DNA of 64,000 nt. Source: Nitrospira japonica (GTDB lineage Bacteria > Nitrospirota > Thermodesulfovibrionia > Thermodesulfovibrionales > SM23-35). Within the stretch, counting starts at the first letter, position 1, and every line of letters starts with the position of its first letter. Shown here in pieces: positions 1-10,156 of this stretch. The stretch lies in contig DYFC01000017.1 of NCBI GenBank assembly GCA_020725385.1, positions 32,001-96,000 on the forward strand. Reading direction: 5' to 3'. A program made the translations under genes and the position numbers. The notes beneath the pieces were generated by a model. The model made no database searches. It saw only the letters and a list, made by a program, of their open reading frames with translations, and was not told the origin of the DNA.

Positions 1-32
1 AAGGATCCAGTTAATTTGGATATATACCTTAA

Positions 33-962
33 TTATTCCGATATAATTACTCTATTTCGCCCGTGTTTTTTTGCTTCATACATTGCTGTATCAGCTTTAT
101 GTATTAATTTCTCAGCGTTGTCAATAGATTCATCGGGTATGCTGGCAATTCCTATACTTATTGTAATTGGTCTATTGACACCTTCAAATTCATTATCAGA
201 AATAGCTTTTAAAATTCTTTGTGCAGCGACAAATGTATCTTCTTTTGTAGTTCTTGGTAAGATTGCAATGAATTCTTCACCGCCCCAACGGGCAACAACA
301 TCTACTTTGCGAAGATTGTTTTTAATAATATTGGCGATGCCTTTTAGAACAACATCACCAATACGATGTCCGAATTCGTCATTAACACTTTTAAAATTAT
401 CAATATCTATCATCATACAAGATGCGGGCGTTTTGTACCTTAAAGTATTTTCGAATTCTTTTTCAATAACAGATTCAAAATATCTTCTATTATAAATCTG
501 GGTTAATGAATCTGTTATTGCAAGAATTTCGAGTTTTGTAAGCAAGTCTTCAAGCTGACGGTTCTTCTCACGAAGTTCATCCTGCAGTGCTTTTGTTCTA
601 AGACAGGCATATATACGGGCGCTTAGTTCAGATTCATTAAATGGTTTTGTAAGATGGTCGTCAGCGCCTGCTGTAAGGCTTGCTACTTTATCCGATGTTG
701 AGCCCTGTGCTGTAAGCATTATGATAGGTATTCCTCTTGTATCCTGATTCAATTTCAACCATCTGCAAACTTCATTACCGCTCATATCAGGTAAAACTAG
801 ATCGAGAACAACCAGATCAATATCCTGCGTTTTAACAATTTTGATAGCTGATTTTCCATCTTCTACCCATGTGACATTATAACCCGATGATTCAAGGTAA
901 TGTTTTGTCGCACTACCCTGAACTTTATCGTCTTCTACAAGTAATATTTTCGATTCAGCCAT
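33..962 (-). CDS. Response regulator diguanylate cyclase (REC-GGDEF)
   Basis: N-terminal receiver domain (LLVEDD, VLDLVLPDMSG, TKPF); C-terminal GGEEF with RKVD I-site. Confidence 0.93.
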   Translation of the reverse strand: MAESKILLVEDDKVQGSATKHYLESSGYNVTWVEDGKSAIKIVKTQDIDLVVLDLVLPDMSGNEVCRWLKLNQDTRGIPIIMLTAQGSTSDKVASLTAGADDHLTKPFNESELSARIYACLRTKALQDELREKNRQLEDLLTKLEILAITDSLTQIYNRRYFESVIEKEFENTLRYKTPASCMMIDIDNFKSVNDEFGHRIGDVVLKGIANIIKNNLRKVDVVARWGGEEFIAILPRTTKEDTFVAAQRILKAISDNEFEGVNRPITISIGIASIPDESIDNAEKLIHKADTAMYEAKKHGRNRVIISE

Positions 963-1215
963 AATAAAAGTATATCAAAAATAATCTAAAAAAACTTATA
1001 GTTTAGTTAAGATATTCAAGTTTTCTTAAGTATTATAGCTGAAATTGATATTATACTGGTAATTATCAGCTAAATAATTCATAATGCAAGATATTATGTG
1101 AGTAAGATAGCAAGCCACCGAGCTATCAAGCGAAAAAGCGGAGAGCATAGAGCTTAGAGAAGCAATACACTTGATCTAATAGGCTATATTTTTTTATTTA
1201 AAATAGATTAATTTA

Positions 1216-2769
1216 TTGAAAAGATTTCCCAAGGTGAACAAGGTGATAAAAATATCAGAAATGTCTTTAATGGAAAAATTATATCAACTAATTATTCATA
1301 GACTGGATGGGGATAAAATTAATTCTGATTCATATAGAAAATATATTTATTCTTTAATACAGAAAGGTGTGGGTGGTTTCATACTTTTTAACGGGGAATC
1401 AGAAGAAATAAAGGAATTTATAGATGAAATACAAAAGCGTTCGGAAATAATTTTATTTATCGCATCTGACATTGAAAGGGGTGTCGGGCAACAGGTTTTA
1501 GGCTGTACACATTTTCCACCCCAGATGGCAATCGCTGCTGCTATAAAAAGAAATTTTCAAGAAGATGTTTCTTTAATATGTCAAACAGTCAAAGCAATTA
1601 CAGATGAAGCATCATACATTGGAATAAATATGCCTTTAATTCCTGTGCTTGATATTAACCTCAATCCAGATAATCCAATAATATGTACGAGAGCTTTCTC
1701 AGATAATCCTGAAGTAGTATCATGGTTTGGCAATGAATATATTAAAATCTTAGAAGAAAATGGCATGATAAGCTGTGCCAAACATTTTCCCGGACATGGA
1801 GATACATCAGAGGACTCTCATTTAAGTCTTCCTGTAATAAAAAAATCTAAGAATGAACTTATGTCTATGGAACTGAAACCCTTTAAAAAAGCTATTGAAC
1901 AAGGTGTTAGCAGCTTGATGATCGGGCATCTTCTGTTGCCGGAGATTGATAATATGCCTGCAAGCTTATCATATAATGTAATAACTAACTTGTTGCGCAA
2001 AGAAATGGGATTCGATGGCCTTGTTCTATCAGATGCACTTAGTATGAAAGCATTGAACGGCATTCAGAGTATATCTGCTCTATGTATCAAAGCAGGTACT
2101 GATATACTTCTCCATCCAAATAATCCTGATATTACCGTAAAAGAGCTTGTTTCTGCTCTTGAATTGAATATAATAACTGAAGAACATATAGATAAAGCGA
2201 TAAATAGAATTTTAAAAACAAAACAAAAAATAAAGAGTAATTTAAAAGATGAAATTAATTATAAAATTCATGAAGATATATCATGCCGGATTACTAAAAA
2301 ATCAATTACCCTTGTTAGGAATACTCAAAGCATAATACCTATAAAGGGGTTAGATTCTACAACTGTTGTATTAGCTGGTGATGAACAATATTTTAATGAT
2401 TGCTTTTTTAAGAATACGTTTAGTAATGTTTGCACATTAAAAGATATTAAAGACATAACGTTACAGACGCCGGAACAGATTATTGTTAATATATTTACGA
2501 GTGTCTCTGCATGGAAAGGTAGTTCAGGTATTTCAGATATTGAAAGAGATTATATAAAAAAATTAATCCAGAAGTCTTCACGTTCAATAGTAATTTCTTT
2601 TGGAAGCCCGTATGTTTTAAGACATTTTATGGAAGCAAATACTCTGATCGCAGCATATGAACCATCACTTCAAGCTCAAACTGTTGTTTTAAAGTGTATT
2701 TTAGGTAAAACAAAAATATCTGGAACACTTCCAGTTAAGTTAACAAATTTTACTAAGAATGATACTTGA
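1216..2769 (+). CDS. nagZ: Glycoside hydrolase family 3 beta-N-acetylhexosaminidase
   Basis: ASDIERGVG, KHFPGHGDTSEDSH (NagZ signature) and SDALSM nucleophile motifs. The true start may be ATG 1261. Confidence 0.88.
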   Translation: MKRFPKVNKVIKISEMSLMEKLYQLIIHRLDGDKINSDSYRKYIYSLIQKGVGGFILFNGESEEIKEFIDEIQKRSEIILFIASDIERGVGQQVLGCTHFPPQMAIAAAIKRNFQEDVSLICQTVKAITDEASYIGINMPLIPVLDINLNPDNPIICTRAFSDNPEVVSWFGNEYIKILEENGMISCAKHFPGHGDTSEDSHLSLPVIKKSKNELMSMELKPFKKAIEQGVSSLMIGHLLLPEIDNMPASLSYNVITNLLRKEMGFDGLVLSDALSMKALNGIQSISALCIKAGTDILLHPNNPDITVKELVSALELNIITEEHIDKAINRILKTKQKIKSNLKDEINYKIHEDISCRITKKSITLVRNTQSIIPIKGLDSTTVVLAGDEQYFNDCFFKNTFSNVCTLKDIKDITLQTPEQIIVNIFTSVSAWKGSSGISDIERDYIKKLIQKSSRSIVISFGSPYVLRHFMEANTLIAAYEPSLQAQTVVLKCILGKTKISGTLPVKLTNFTKNDT

Positions 2770-3634
2770 TATTGTTAGAAACGAAGGTGATAAAAGCAAA
2801 TATGCTATTGTTTTTATTCATGGACTTGGTATGGATAAAAACATATGGCTCGATCCTTCAAAATCAAGAATACTCGGTGGAATGTTTCCGCTTAAAGTTC
2901 TCCTCAGAAAATATCCGAAAGTTAAAACTGTTTTCAATGATCTAAGTAAATTTAATTACCCTTTAATAACATGGAGTCAAAGGAATCCTGCAGGCGAAAT
3001 TGACACTGTTGTGAAAGAACTAAATGAAATTATGTCTATTGCTTCTAATATGACAAAAGCAGGAATAATTATTATTTGCCATAGCAGAGGCGGGCTAATT
3101 GCAAGAAAATATCTCATGAATCAAGTAGTGCCTATTAAAGCATTGATAACGATTTCAACCCCTCACAGAGGAAGTTCCCTGGCAAAGATTTCAAAATATC
3201 TTTCACCTATTGTTTCTTTATTTTTTCCGTTTGTTCCTGAAGGAAGAAGAAATTCTACAAGAAGTGCAATTAGAAAAATTATGCAATTTCTCAGAAGCAA
3301 AGCCCTAAATGAATTGCTCCCTGATTCAGAGTTTTTCCTATCGTTGAATGATTCTCCAATTGAGGGAGTAAAATATTTTTCCATAGGGGGCACGATACCA
3401 ACACTATTTAGGTTATATAAAATGTCGTTTCCTGACATTTTAGAAAAAATAATTCCAGCCGGGCTATTCCCTGATGAATTCAGAAAAAACAAAGGCGATG
3501 GACTTGTTACAGTTGAAAGCTCAAAATTGCAATGGGCACAGGAGCATTGTAATTTCCCTTGTAATCATGCAGGAATTTTGTTTAATAAGAATGTTAGGAA
3601 TTATATTATGAAAATAATAAGAGGAATACGATAA
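2759..3634 (+). CDS. Alpha/beta-hydrolase (lipase/esterase-like)
   Basis: VFIHGL oxyanion motif, CHSRGG nucleophile elbow, STPHRGS, GDGLV and C-terminal NH; overlaps the end of nagZ. Confidence 0.8.
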   Translation: MILDIVRNEGDKSKYAIVFIHGLGMDKNIWLDPSKSRILGGMFPLKVLLRKYPKVKTVFNDLSKFNYPLITWSQRNPAGEIDTVVKELNEIMSIASNMTKAGIIIICHSRGGLIARKYLMNQVVPIKALITISTPHRGSSLAKISKYLSPIVSLFFPFVPEGRRNSTRSAIRKIMQFLRSKALNELLPDSEFFLSLNDSPIEGVKYFSIGGTIPTLFRLYKMSFPDILEKIIPAGLFPDEFRKNKGDGLVTVESSKLQWAQEHCNFPCNHAGILFNKNVRNYIMKIIRGIR

Positions 3635-3676
3635 TAAAAGAAGGGTTAAGCAATTAAACTTACCCTTCTTTTATTA
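3632..3676. terminator. Bidirectional intrinsic terminator
   Basis: TAATAAAAGAAGGGT...ACCCTTCTTTTATTA inverted repeat between convergent genes. Confidence 0.75.
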
Positions 3677-3693
3677 AATTAATAGTATCGATA

Positions 3694-5559
3694 TTAAAAA
3701 CTAAAACTCATGCCCGCTGAAAATTGAACAGGCGGCATTGGATAATCTTTAAGAATCTCGAAATTTCTATCAAATATATTTTTACCTATGACAAAGATTT
3801 CTGTAGGAATCTTCCAGATATCTAATTTTTGAGCAATTTTCCCGTCGAGCAAGAAATAGCAACCCGGATCTCCTTTCTCTACTTTATAACGATGTATGTA
3901 ACTTCCTTCAAAAGCAATAGTATTTCCCTTGAAAGGATGCAGGGAAACATTTCCTTTAATCTGATGGCGGGTGCTAAAGCGTATTTTTTTGTCTGAAGTT
4001 CTATCCTGAGGGTCCATAAAAGTATAGCTTAACCCGATGTCAAGATAATCAAGGTGTAAGCTACTTTCTGTTTCAAATCCAGCAACACGTGTTTTTGCAA
4101 TATTCACAGGAGACCATTTGAAAGGGCTAATTTCCTGCCATTGGATAAGGTCTTTTGATTGTTTAATAAATCCAACTGCTTTTATATTTGCAATCTTTCC
4201 GAAGAATTTATTTATATTTACCTCAAATTCTGTTGACTTTTCCGGTTTTAAATCCGGATTACCCTCAGCCCATCCAGTATCAGGCCAGTAAAGAGCATTC
4301 ATTTCAGGAATACGGAATCCCTGTCCTATAGAGAAAGAAAGATTTGTCTCGTACGGGAGTTTTATTAATAAAGAAGCTTTCGGGCTGAACCTATCCTCTG
4401 ATGAAATGGAATCATATCTTAGCCCGAGAGTCAATATTAAATATTTTTTCAAAGAAGTTTCATTTTGAAGGAATATCCCTTTTCTTGTTCTGCTATGTCT
4501 TCCAATTGACTCATTTTCATTAATATTGTTAGTGCTATCAATATCCTCTTCGAGAACTTCAATTCCACCTGTCAAGAGATTCATTGAGCCTAAAGAAAGA
4601 CTATGCTGAAGATCAAATCCAAGAACATGGTTTTTATGAGTATTATCTTCAAGACCTGGATTCATATAATCAATTGTTGAGTTGTGACTGTAAAATTTCA
4701 TGATAGAATCTTTATATTTAATATTAATCCCGGCAAGAAAATTCTTGTCTTTTTCGTTTGCTTTTGGTGTTGGCCATGATAATGAACCCGGAGAGCCAGC
4801 GTCTCTGAAATTATAATCAAAGGAAATATCTGTTCTAATGTCTTTAGAAATATCATAGGTTATTTTAACGCTTGCGGATTCTGAATCATATTCACTATTT
4901 TCTCTAAAACCGGCTGAGGAATTTTTTGATAGAGAAAGATAGAAACCAGCGTTTCTTATGCGTTGTGATGTATTAAAATTCAAGTCTTTTGTAACAAATC
5001 TACCATATGATGCTGAGATACTTGTCTTTGGAGTTTCAGGTATTTTTGTAATGATATTTATAACACCTCCCATAGCATCCGCACCATATAATGCTGATGA
5101 AGCTCCACGCAATATCTCTATTCTTTCTATATTATCAACCGGTATTGAAAGAGCGTTTATGTCAACCTGTCCATCGCCCGGCTTGTTAAGTCTCTTACCA
5201 TCAATAAGCACAAGAACCTGTGCTGAAGTTGAAGACCTCAGACTTACACTCGATGATGAACCTTTATTACCATATTCAAAGAAAGTTAAACCTGTAATGT
5301 TCCTTAGAATCTCGGATATATTTGTATAACTGCTATTTTCAATTTCCTTTTTTGTTATAACAGTAACATCCTGTGGAATATCCTCAATTGATTCCTCAAT
5401 TTTTGTTGCAATAACAACAATCTCCTCAAATGATACGACTTTTTCTTCTGCAGATAAAGAAGTAATAAGTGAAAAGTAATAAGTGAGAAGTAAAGAAATG
5501 CAAATAATGAATTTTGAAAAGTGATGACTGATGACTGATGACTGATAACTTTTTTCCAT
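3694..5559 (-). CDS. btuB: TonB-dependent receptor, probable corrinoid (B12) transporter
   Basis: TonB box EEIVVIAT, plug motifs (VLIDG, IERIEILRGASSALYGADAMGGVINIIT) and C-terminal Phe; lies behind a cobalamin riboswitch. ATG 5559 has a GAGGGAGG RBS. Confidence 0.88.
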   Translation of the reverse strand: MEKSYQSSVISHHFSKFIICISLLLTYYFSLITSLSAEEKVVSFEEIVVIATKIEESIEDIPQDVTVITKKEIENSSYTNISEILRNITGLTFFEYGNKGSSSSVSLRSSTSAQVLVLIDGKRLNKPGDGQVDINALSIPVDNIERIEILRGASSALYGADAMGGVINIITKIPETPKTSISASYGRFVTKDLNFNTSQRIRNAGFYLSLSKNSSAGFRENSEYDSESASVKITYDISKDIRTDISFDYNFRDAGSPGSLSWPTPKANEKDKNFLAGINIKYKDSIMKFYSHNSTIDYMNPGLEDNTHKNHVLGFDLQHSLSLGSMNLLTGGIEVLEEDIDSTNNINENESIGRHSRTRKGIFLQNETSLKKYLILTLGLRYDSISSEDRFSPKASLLIKLPYETNLSFSIGQGFRIPEMNALYWPDTGWAEGNPDLKPEKSTEFEVNINKFFGKIANIKAVGFIKQSKDLIQWQEISPFKWSPVNIAKTRVAGFETESSLHLDYLDIGLSYTFMDPQDRTSDKKIRFSTRHQIKGNVSLHPFKGNTIAFEGSYIHRYKVEKGDPGCYFLLDGKIAQKLDIWKIPTEIFVIGKNIFDRNFEILKDYPMPPVQFSAGMSFSF

Positions 5560-5624
5560 TTTTCCTCCCTCGGGAAATAATTTATTCAAAGCATGTTGTT
5601 AGCTCTGAAATTTTAGTTTCTACT

Positions 5625-5868
5625 GATCTGGATAGGTCTTCCGGCTTCAGGCAATTTTATGTTTCCTACTAACCTTCCTTCCCGGAGAAACCGTTCAAAC
5701 CATTTAAGCAGTTAAAACAGTTCTACTCCAGTGGATTAAAGACAGTGATTGAGATTCTTCTAATTCACTACCTCACTAATTTCTAATTTACTGTCTTTCC
5801 GGGTTTTCGTTCCATTCACGGCTGCGGGGCAGCGATGGCTTTCCACCATTCTTCCCTGAATCCAGATT
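5625..5868 (-). promoter_or_regulatory. Cobalamin riboswitch 1 (btuB leader)
   Basis: Minus strand reads AGGGAAG..GGTG.AAAGCC..CGCTGCCCCGCAGCCGTG, CCACTGG...CCGGGAAGG and B12 box AAGCCGGAAGACCT, closed by ATCTGGAT/ATCCAGAT. Confidence 0.92.
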
Positions 5869-5934
5869 TATTAATAATTACCTGAATACATAGACTTAAT
5901 TTATATCACCTCCTTTCATGTAAATTTTGATTAA

Positions 5935-6720
5935 CTAAAAAACCCTGTACCATATCAGAGTAAAAAACAAAAATAATAATTCCGAAATTTCGCTTATAGC
6001 ACCGAGAGTATCTCCTGTAAGACCTCCAAATTGTTTATTAAACAAAATGATTGATAATCTACAAAAAATATATATCAAAGAAATTAAAAGGCAGCAGAAG
6101 ATGAAGTCCATAACTTGGAAGGAATGATAAAAAATTGTTTTTAAAGATAAAAATAAAATAATGAAAAATAAGAGAGAGATAAGGACTTCTTTAAATTTTA
6201 ATTTTCCTATAAACAGATTTCCCATGCCTTCTTGTCTTGCCGGTTTAGCTTGAAACATCGAGATAATAATTGACAATTTAGAAAAAACGGGCATTAAAAG
6301 AATTGATGTGTAAAAAACTGATGAGGTATAAAGCATAAGATTCTTTATAGAAAGAAATTTCAAAAGCAATATAAAAAATATTGCTGTAACACCAATTGGT
6401 CCTGCTGTGCCCTCTTTCATAATGGATAGTTTTTTTTCTTTGTCACCATTCATTGCAATACCATCAAAAGTATCTGAAAGTCCATCAATATGAAAGCCAG
6501 CATTATATAAAACAGAAGTCATTAGAATAATTCCTGCAACTATCTCATTATCAAAGAGATGTTTGGTTACTAAATAAATCAAAATAAGAATTATGCCCTG
6601 AAATACGCCAACCGGAACAAATGCAATTGAGCATCTTGGAATCCCGGATTTTTCAATGCTTATATTTTTGTTTAATGGAATAATTGTTAAAAGCTGTAAA
6701 GCAACTATGAACGTTTTCAT
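5935..6720 (-). CDS. cobS: Adenosylcobinamide-GDP ribazoletransferase (cobalamin synthase)
   Basis: FHIDGLSDTFDG and FGGLTGDTLGA motifs; multi-pass membrane protein. Confidence 0.92.
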   Translation of the reverse strand: MKTFIVALQLLTIIPLNKNISIEKSGIPRCSIAFVPVGVFQGIILILIYLVTKHLFDNEIVAGIILMTSVLYNAGFHIDGLSDTFDGIAMNGDKEKKLSIMKEGTAGPIGVTAIFFILLLKFLSIKNLMLYTSSVFYTSILLMPVFSKLSIIISMFQAKPARQEGMGNLFIGKLKFKEVLISLLFFIILFLSLKTIFYHSFQVMDFIFCCLLISLIYIFCRLSIILFNKQFGGLTGDTLGAISEISELLFLFFTLIWYRVF

Positions 6721-7793
6721 TCCTGAACCTTTTTATTTGATACTCCAGCTTTATCAAATGTAGCCATTTCTTTATATATCTTTAGTCCTGCTTCTATGAT
6801 AGTTAACGCAAGTGCTGCGCCGGTACCTTCACCGAGTCTCAAATCAAGGTCAAGTATGGGCTTAATACCTATTTTTTCAAGAATAGCTTTATGACCCTTT
6901 TCAACAGAATTGTGTGCGGCAAACATGTAATCTTTTGTATTTGATTCAATCGAATAGGCGATAAGAGCACCTGCTGTTGAGATAAAGCCATCTATAACAA
7001 CAGGTATTTTCTTTGCAGAAGCACCTAATATAAGACCTGCAATGCCTCCAATTTCAGCTCCTCCGACTTTTGAGAGAATGTCAATTGGATCAGTAATGTC
7101 AGGCTTATTAATTAAAATTGCTTTTTCTATTATTTCACATTTTTTTCTTAATGTAATATTATCAATTCCAGTGCCTCTGCCTGTTACTCCATAAATCGGT
7201 TTGCCTGTTAATAAAGAAGCAATTGCAGATGATGGTGTTGTATTCCCAATTCCCATTTCACCTGTGCAGAAAATGTTATAGCCTTCATTTGCATATTCAA
7301 TTGCAATCTCTATTCCTGTCTCTATACACTTTATAGCTTCATCCCTTGTCATAGCAGGATAATTCTTAATGTTTTTAGTGCCATAGATAACTTTTCTTGT
7401 AATAAAATGGCAATTTTCGGAAATATATATGGATTTCTCAAAGTCATACTTAACTCCCAAATCAATGACAACAACATCCGCGCCTGCATGTTTTGCAAGA
7501 ACATTTATACCCGCTCCGCCATTAATAAAGTTAAAGATCATTTGTTTTGTAACTTCTTGTGGATATGCACTTACTCCTTCTTCTGCAACTCCATGGTCAC
7601 TCGCAAAAATGAAAATTGCTTTTTTATCCAATACTGGCATTGGATTTTCAGAGATTACCACAAGTCTTTTTGCGAATTCCTCAAGTCTTCCAAGACTTCC
7701 TTGAGGCTTTGTTAGATTATCAAGATGTTCTTGAGCAATTTCACCAAATTTTGTATTAACAGGTTTTATACTTTTAATTATTTTCTTAAGCAT
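6717..7793 (-). CDS. cobT: Nicotinate-nucleotide-dimethylbenzimidazole phosphoribosyltransferase
   Basis: LTKPQGSLGRLE, SDHGV, GEMGIGNTT and LRLGEGTGA motifs. Confidence 0.95.
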   Translation of the reverse strand: MLKKIIKSIKPVNTKFGEIAQEHLDNLTKPQGSLGRLEEFAKRLVVISENPMPVLDKKAIFIFASDHGVAEEGVSAYPQEVTKQMIFNFINGGAGINVLAKHAGADVVVIDLGVKYDFEKSIYISENCHFITRKVIYGTKNIKNYPAMTRDEAIKCIETGIEIAIEYANEGYNIFCTGEMGIGNTTPSSAIASLLTGKPIYGVTGRGTGIDNITLRKKCEIIEKAILINKPDITDPIDILSKVGGAEIGGIAGLILGASAKKIPVVIDGFISTAGALIAYSIESNTKDYMFAAHNSVEKGHKAILEKIGIKPILDLDLRLGEGTGAALALTIIEAGLKIYKEMATFDKAGVSNKKVQE

Positions 7794-8331
7794 GGGTTCC
7801 CTTTATTTTTAATGGTATCCCGGCAATCATCATATATACTTCATCTGCAATTTCTGCAATGCTTTGATTCAATATTCCTAAATTGTCTCTAAATTTCCTT
7901 GCAAGTTTATTTTCAGGAACAATACCCGAACCAACCTCATTGGAGACAATAAAAACTGTACAATAAAGAGAAGATAGAGTGTTACAAAGAGATTCTATAT
8001 CCTTTTCAACATTCTTATTATTAAAAAAAAGATTAGAAAGCCAGAGAGTTAGACAATCAATGACTATTACATTATATTTGTCTTTTATATTTTTGATTAC
8101 ATCTGAAATTTTAACCGGCTCTTCATATGTATCCCATTCATTACCTCTTTGCTTTTTATGTTTTTCTATCCTCTCTTTCATTTCCTCATCCTGTATGGGA
8201 GTATCGCCATACGTCCATATCGCTGTTGCAATAAATGCTTTATTTCCCAAAATCTTTGATGCTTCTTTCAAAGCAAAAGTGCTTTTACCACTTCTTGCTC
8301 CGCCTGTTATAAAAACTATTTTTTTATTCAT
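7786..8331 (-). CDS. cobU: Bifunctional adenosylcobinamide kinase / cobinamide-phosphate guanylyltransferase
   Basis: GGARSGKS, EMKERIEKH, DCLTLW and VSNEVGSGIVP motifs. Confidence 0.95.
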   Translation of the reverse strand: MNKKIVFITGGARSGKSTFALKEASKILGNKAFIATAIWTYGDTPIQDEEMKERIEKHKKQRGNEWDTYEEPVKISDVIKNIKDKYNVIVIDCLTLWLSNLFFNNKNVEKDIESLCNTLSSLYCTVFIVSNEVGSGIVPENKLARKFRDNLGILNQSIAEIADEVYMMIAGIPLKIKGTHA

Positions 8332-8339
8332 CTTAGATT

Positions 8340-9140
8340 CTATACCCTTATAGATTTTTTTCTGTCTTCCTCGTTGACTAAAAAAATATATGGTTTTGAT
8401 GAAACCGGATTATTTCCGACAATCACGACAGTTTTATAAACTTCCTCAATAATCTGATAAGTCAATATTTCTTGAGGTGAACCGATTTTATGTATAAGGC
8501 CATTATTAAGCAGGATTATCCGGTCACAATATTCGCTGGCTAAATTAAGGTCATGCAAAACTATTATTACAGTGAGTCCCGATTCTTTGTTCAATTTTCT
8601 TATAAGATCTAATATTTTTATCTGATGTGTTATATCAAGATGAGCTGTTGGCTCATCTAATAAAAGTAGTTCAGGCTCCTGAGCCAATGCTCGTGCGATT
8701 GATATAAGTTGTTTTTCGCCACCGCTTATCTGATTTAGAAATTTATCTTTTAGTCTTATGGTGTCTGTTTGAAGCATACATTTTCTGACAACCTCATAAT
8801 CTTTTTTTGTCTCTAAAAACTGAAATTTTTTGTAATGAGGGCTCCTGCCTAAAAGTATAAATTCTTCTACATTCATAAAATTAGGCTGGAGATTCTGGGT
8901 AACAACAGCTATTTTTTTAGACAATTCTTTATGAGTAATCTGCCAAATATTTTTCCCTTCAAAAATGACTTCTCCTTTTAGAGGTTTAATCAAGCGAGTT
9001 AATGCTTTTATTAATGTAGTCTTTCCAGAACCATTTGGACCGATTATGCCCAGAAGTTCCTTTTTATTGACATTAAAAGTTATATCTTTAAGTAAAAAAT
9101 CTGAATTATATCCACATGTTAAATTTTTTATCTCAAACAT
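8340..9140 (-). CDS. ABC transporter ATP-binding subunit (BtuD/FepC-like)
   Basis: GPNGSGKT, SGGEKQ, LLLDEPT and H-loop; located in the B12 cluster. Confidence 0.9.
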   Translation of the reverse strand: MFEIKNLTCGYNSDFLLKDITFNVNKKELLGIIGPNGSGKTTLIKALTRLIKPLKGEVIFEGKNIWQITHKELSKKIAVVTQNLQPNFMNVEEFILLGRSPHYKKFQFLETKKDYEVVRKCMLQTDTIRLKDKFLNQISGGEKQLISIARALAQEPELLLLDEPTAHLDITHQIKILDLIRKLNKESGLTVIIVLHDLNLASEYCDRIILLNNGLIHKIGSPQEILTYQIIEEVYKTVVIVGNNPVSSKPYIFLVNEEDRKKSIRV

Positions 9141-10156
9141 TATTTTTCTCCGAAGAAAGCCGAACGTCTGGTAAGGGCATAAATAAAAAGGCTTCCGCCT
9201 AATATGCCGGTAATCACGCCGATTGGAAGTTCTACAGGTGAGATAATTGTTCTGGATAGCGTATCGCAGAAAATCAAAAAGCCTGCTCCAGAAAGAAAAG
9301 AACTTATTAAAACTATTTTGTGGTCTGTGCCTGCAAATATTCTGACAAAATGAGGTACAACAAGACCGACAAATCCGACCATGCCTGTAATAGAAACACT
9401 AAATCCTGTGAGAATGGAAGCCAAGAGGAAAAGTATTTTCTTAACCTTTTCTACATCTATACCAAGATGAGCTGCTTCTTCTTCACCTAATGAAATTGCG
9501 TTTAAATCCAGACAGAATAAGTAAGATATGAAAAGCCCGGAAATTGAGACAATAACCATCAATTTTATTAGTAGCCAGTTCGGCTCTTCCAAAGAACCCA
9601 TAACCCAGAAAACTATACTATGTAAATCTTCTGTACGGGATAAAGCCATAATCAGCATAATTAGAGATGAAGATATAAAGCTTATCATTACTCCGGTAAG
9701 TAGAATTTCGTGTATTTTAAAAACTTCTCTTTTCAAACTAAAAAAATAAAGTAAAACAATCACTGTAATTGCACCGGTAAACCCGCTTAATGGCAATGAT
9801 AGAAAGCCTAATATTTCGTTTAACTTAAAAAGAATATTCAAGCATACTCCCAATGCTGCTCCACCCGATATGCCAAGTGTATATGGTTCAACCAGTGGAT
9901 TACGGAATATTCCCTGTAGAATAACACCTGCAAGACTTAATGCTCCTCCGGTAGCAAACCCTAAAATAATTCGTGGCAGGCGTATGTCGAAAATGATGCT
10001 GTATTCAGTGGTACACCTACTATATATAATAGAAGAAAAAATTTTTTTGGCAGGAATTCCTGATGAACCAACAGACAAAGAAAAAAGAATTATTACTGAA
10101 AGAATAATTCCTAAAATAAATAACCAGATAAGCCAATGTATTAATTTGTTTCTCAT
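9140..10156 (-). CDS. FecCD/BtuC-family ABC permease
   Basis: IRLPRI, FRNPLVEPYTLGIS, LGEEEAAHLG and GFVGLVVPH motifs. Confidence 0.9.
   Translation of the reverse strand: MRNKLIHWLIWLFILGIILSVIILFSLSVGSSGIPAKKIFSSIIYSRCTTEYSIIFDIRLPRIILGFATGGALSLAGVILQGIFRNPLVEPYTLGISGGAALGVCLNILFKLNEILGFLSLPLSGFTGAITVIVLLYFFSLKREVFKIHEILLTGVMISFISSSLIMLIMALSRTEDLHSIVFWVMGSLEEPNWLLIKLMVIVSISGLFISYLFCLDLNAISLGEEEAAHLGIDVEKVKKILFLLASILTGFSVSITGMVGFVGLVVPHFVRIFAGTDHKIVLISSFLSGAGFLIFCDTLSRTIISPVELPIGVITGILGGSLFIYALTRRSAFFGEK

Noticed and set aside
16-495. Antisense and nested ORFs in the track (e.g. 16-495, 4958-5329, 34772-35332, 55415-55852, 60214-60585, 63672-63995)
   Set aside because: They are shadow frames of well-supported genes and show no recognisable motifs.
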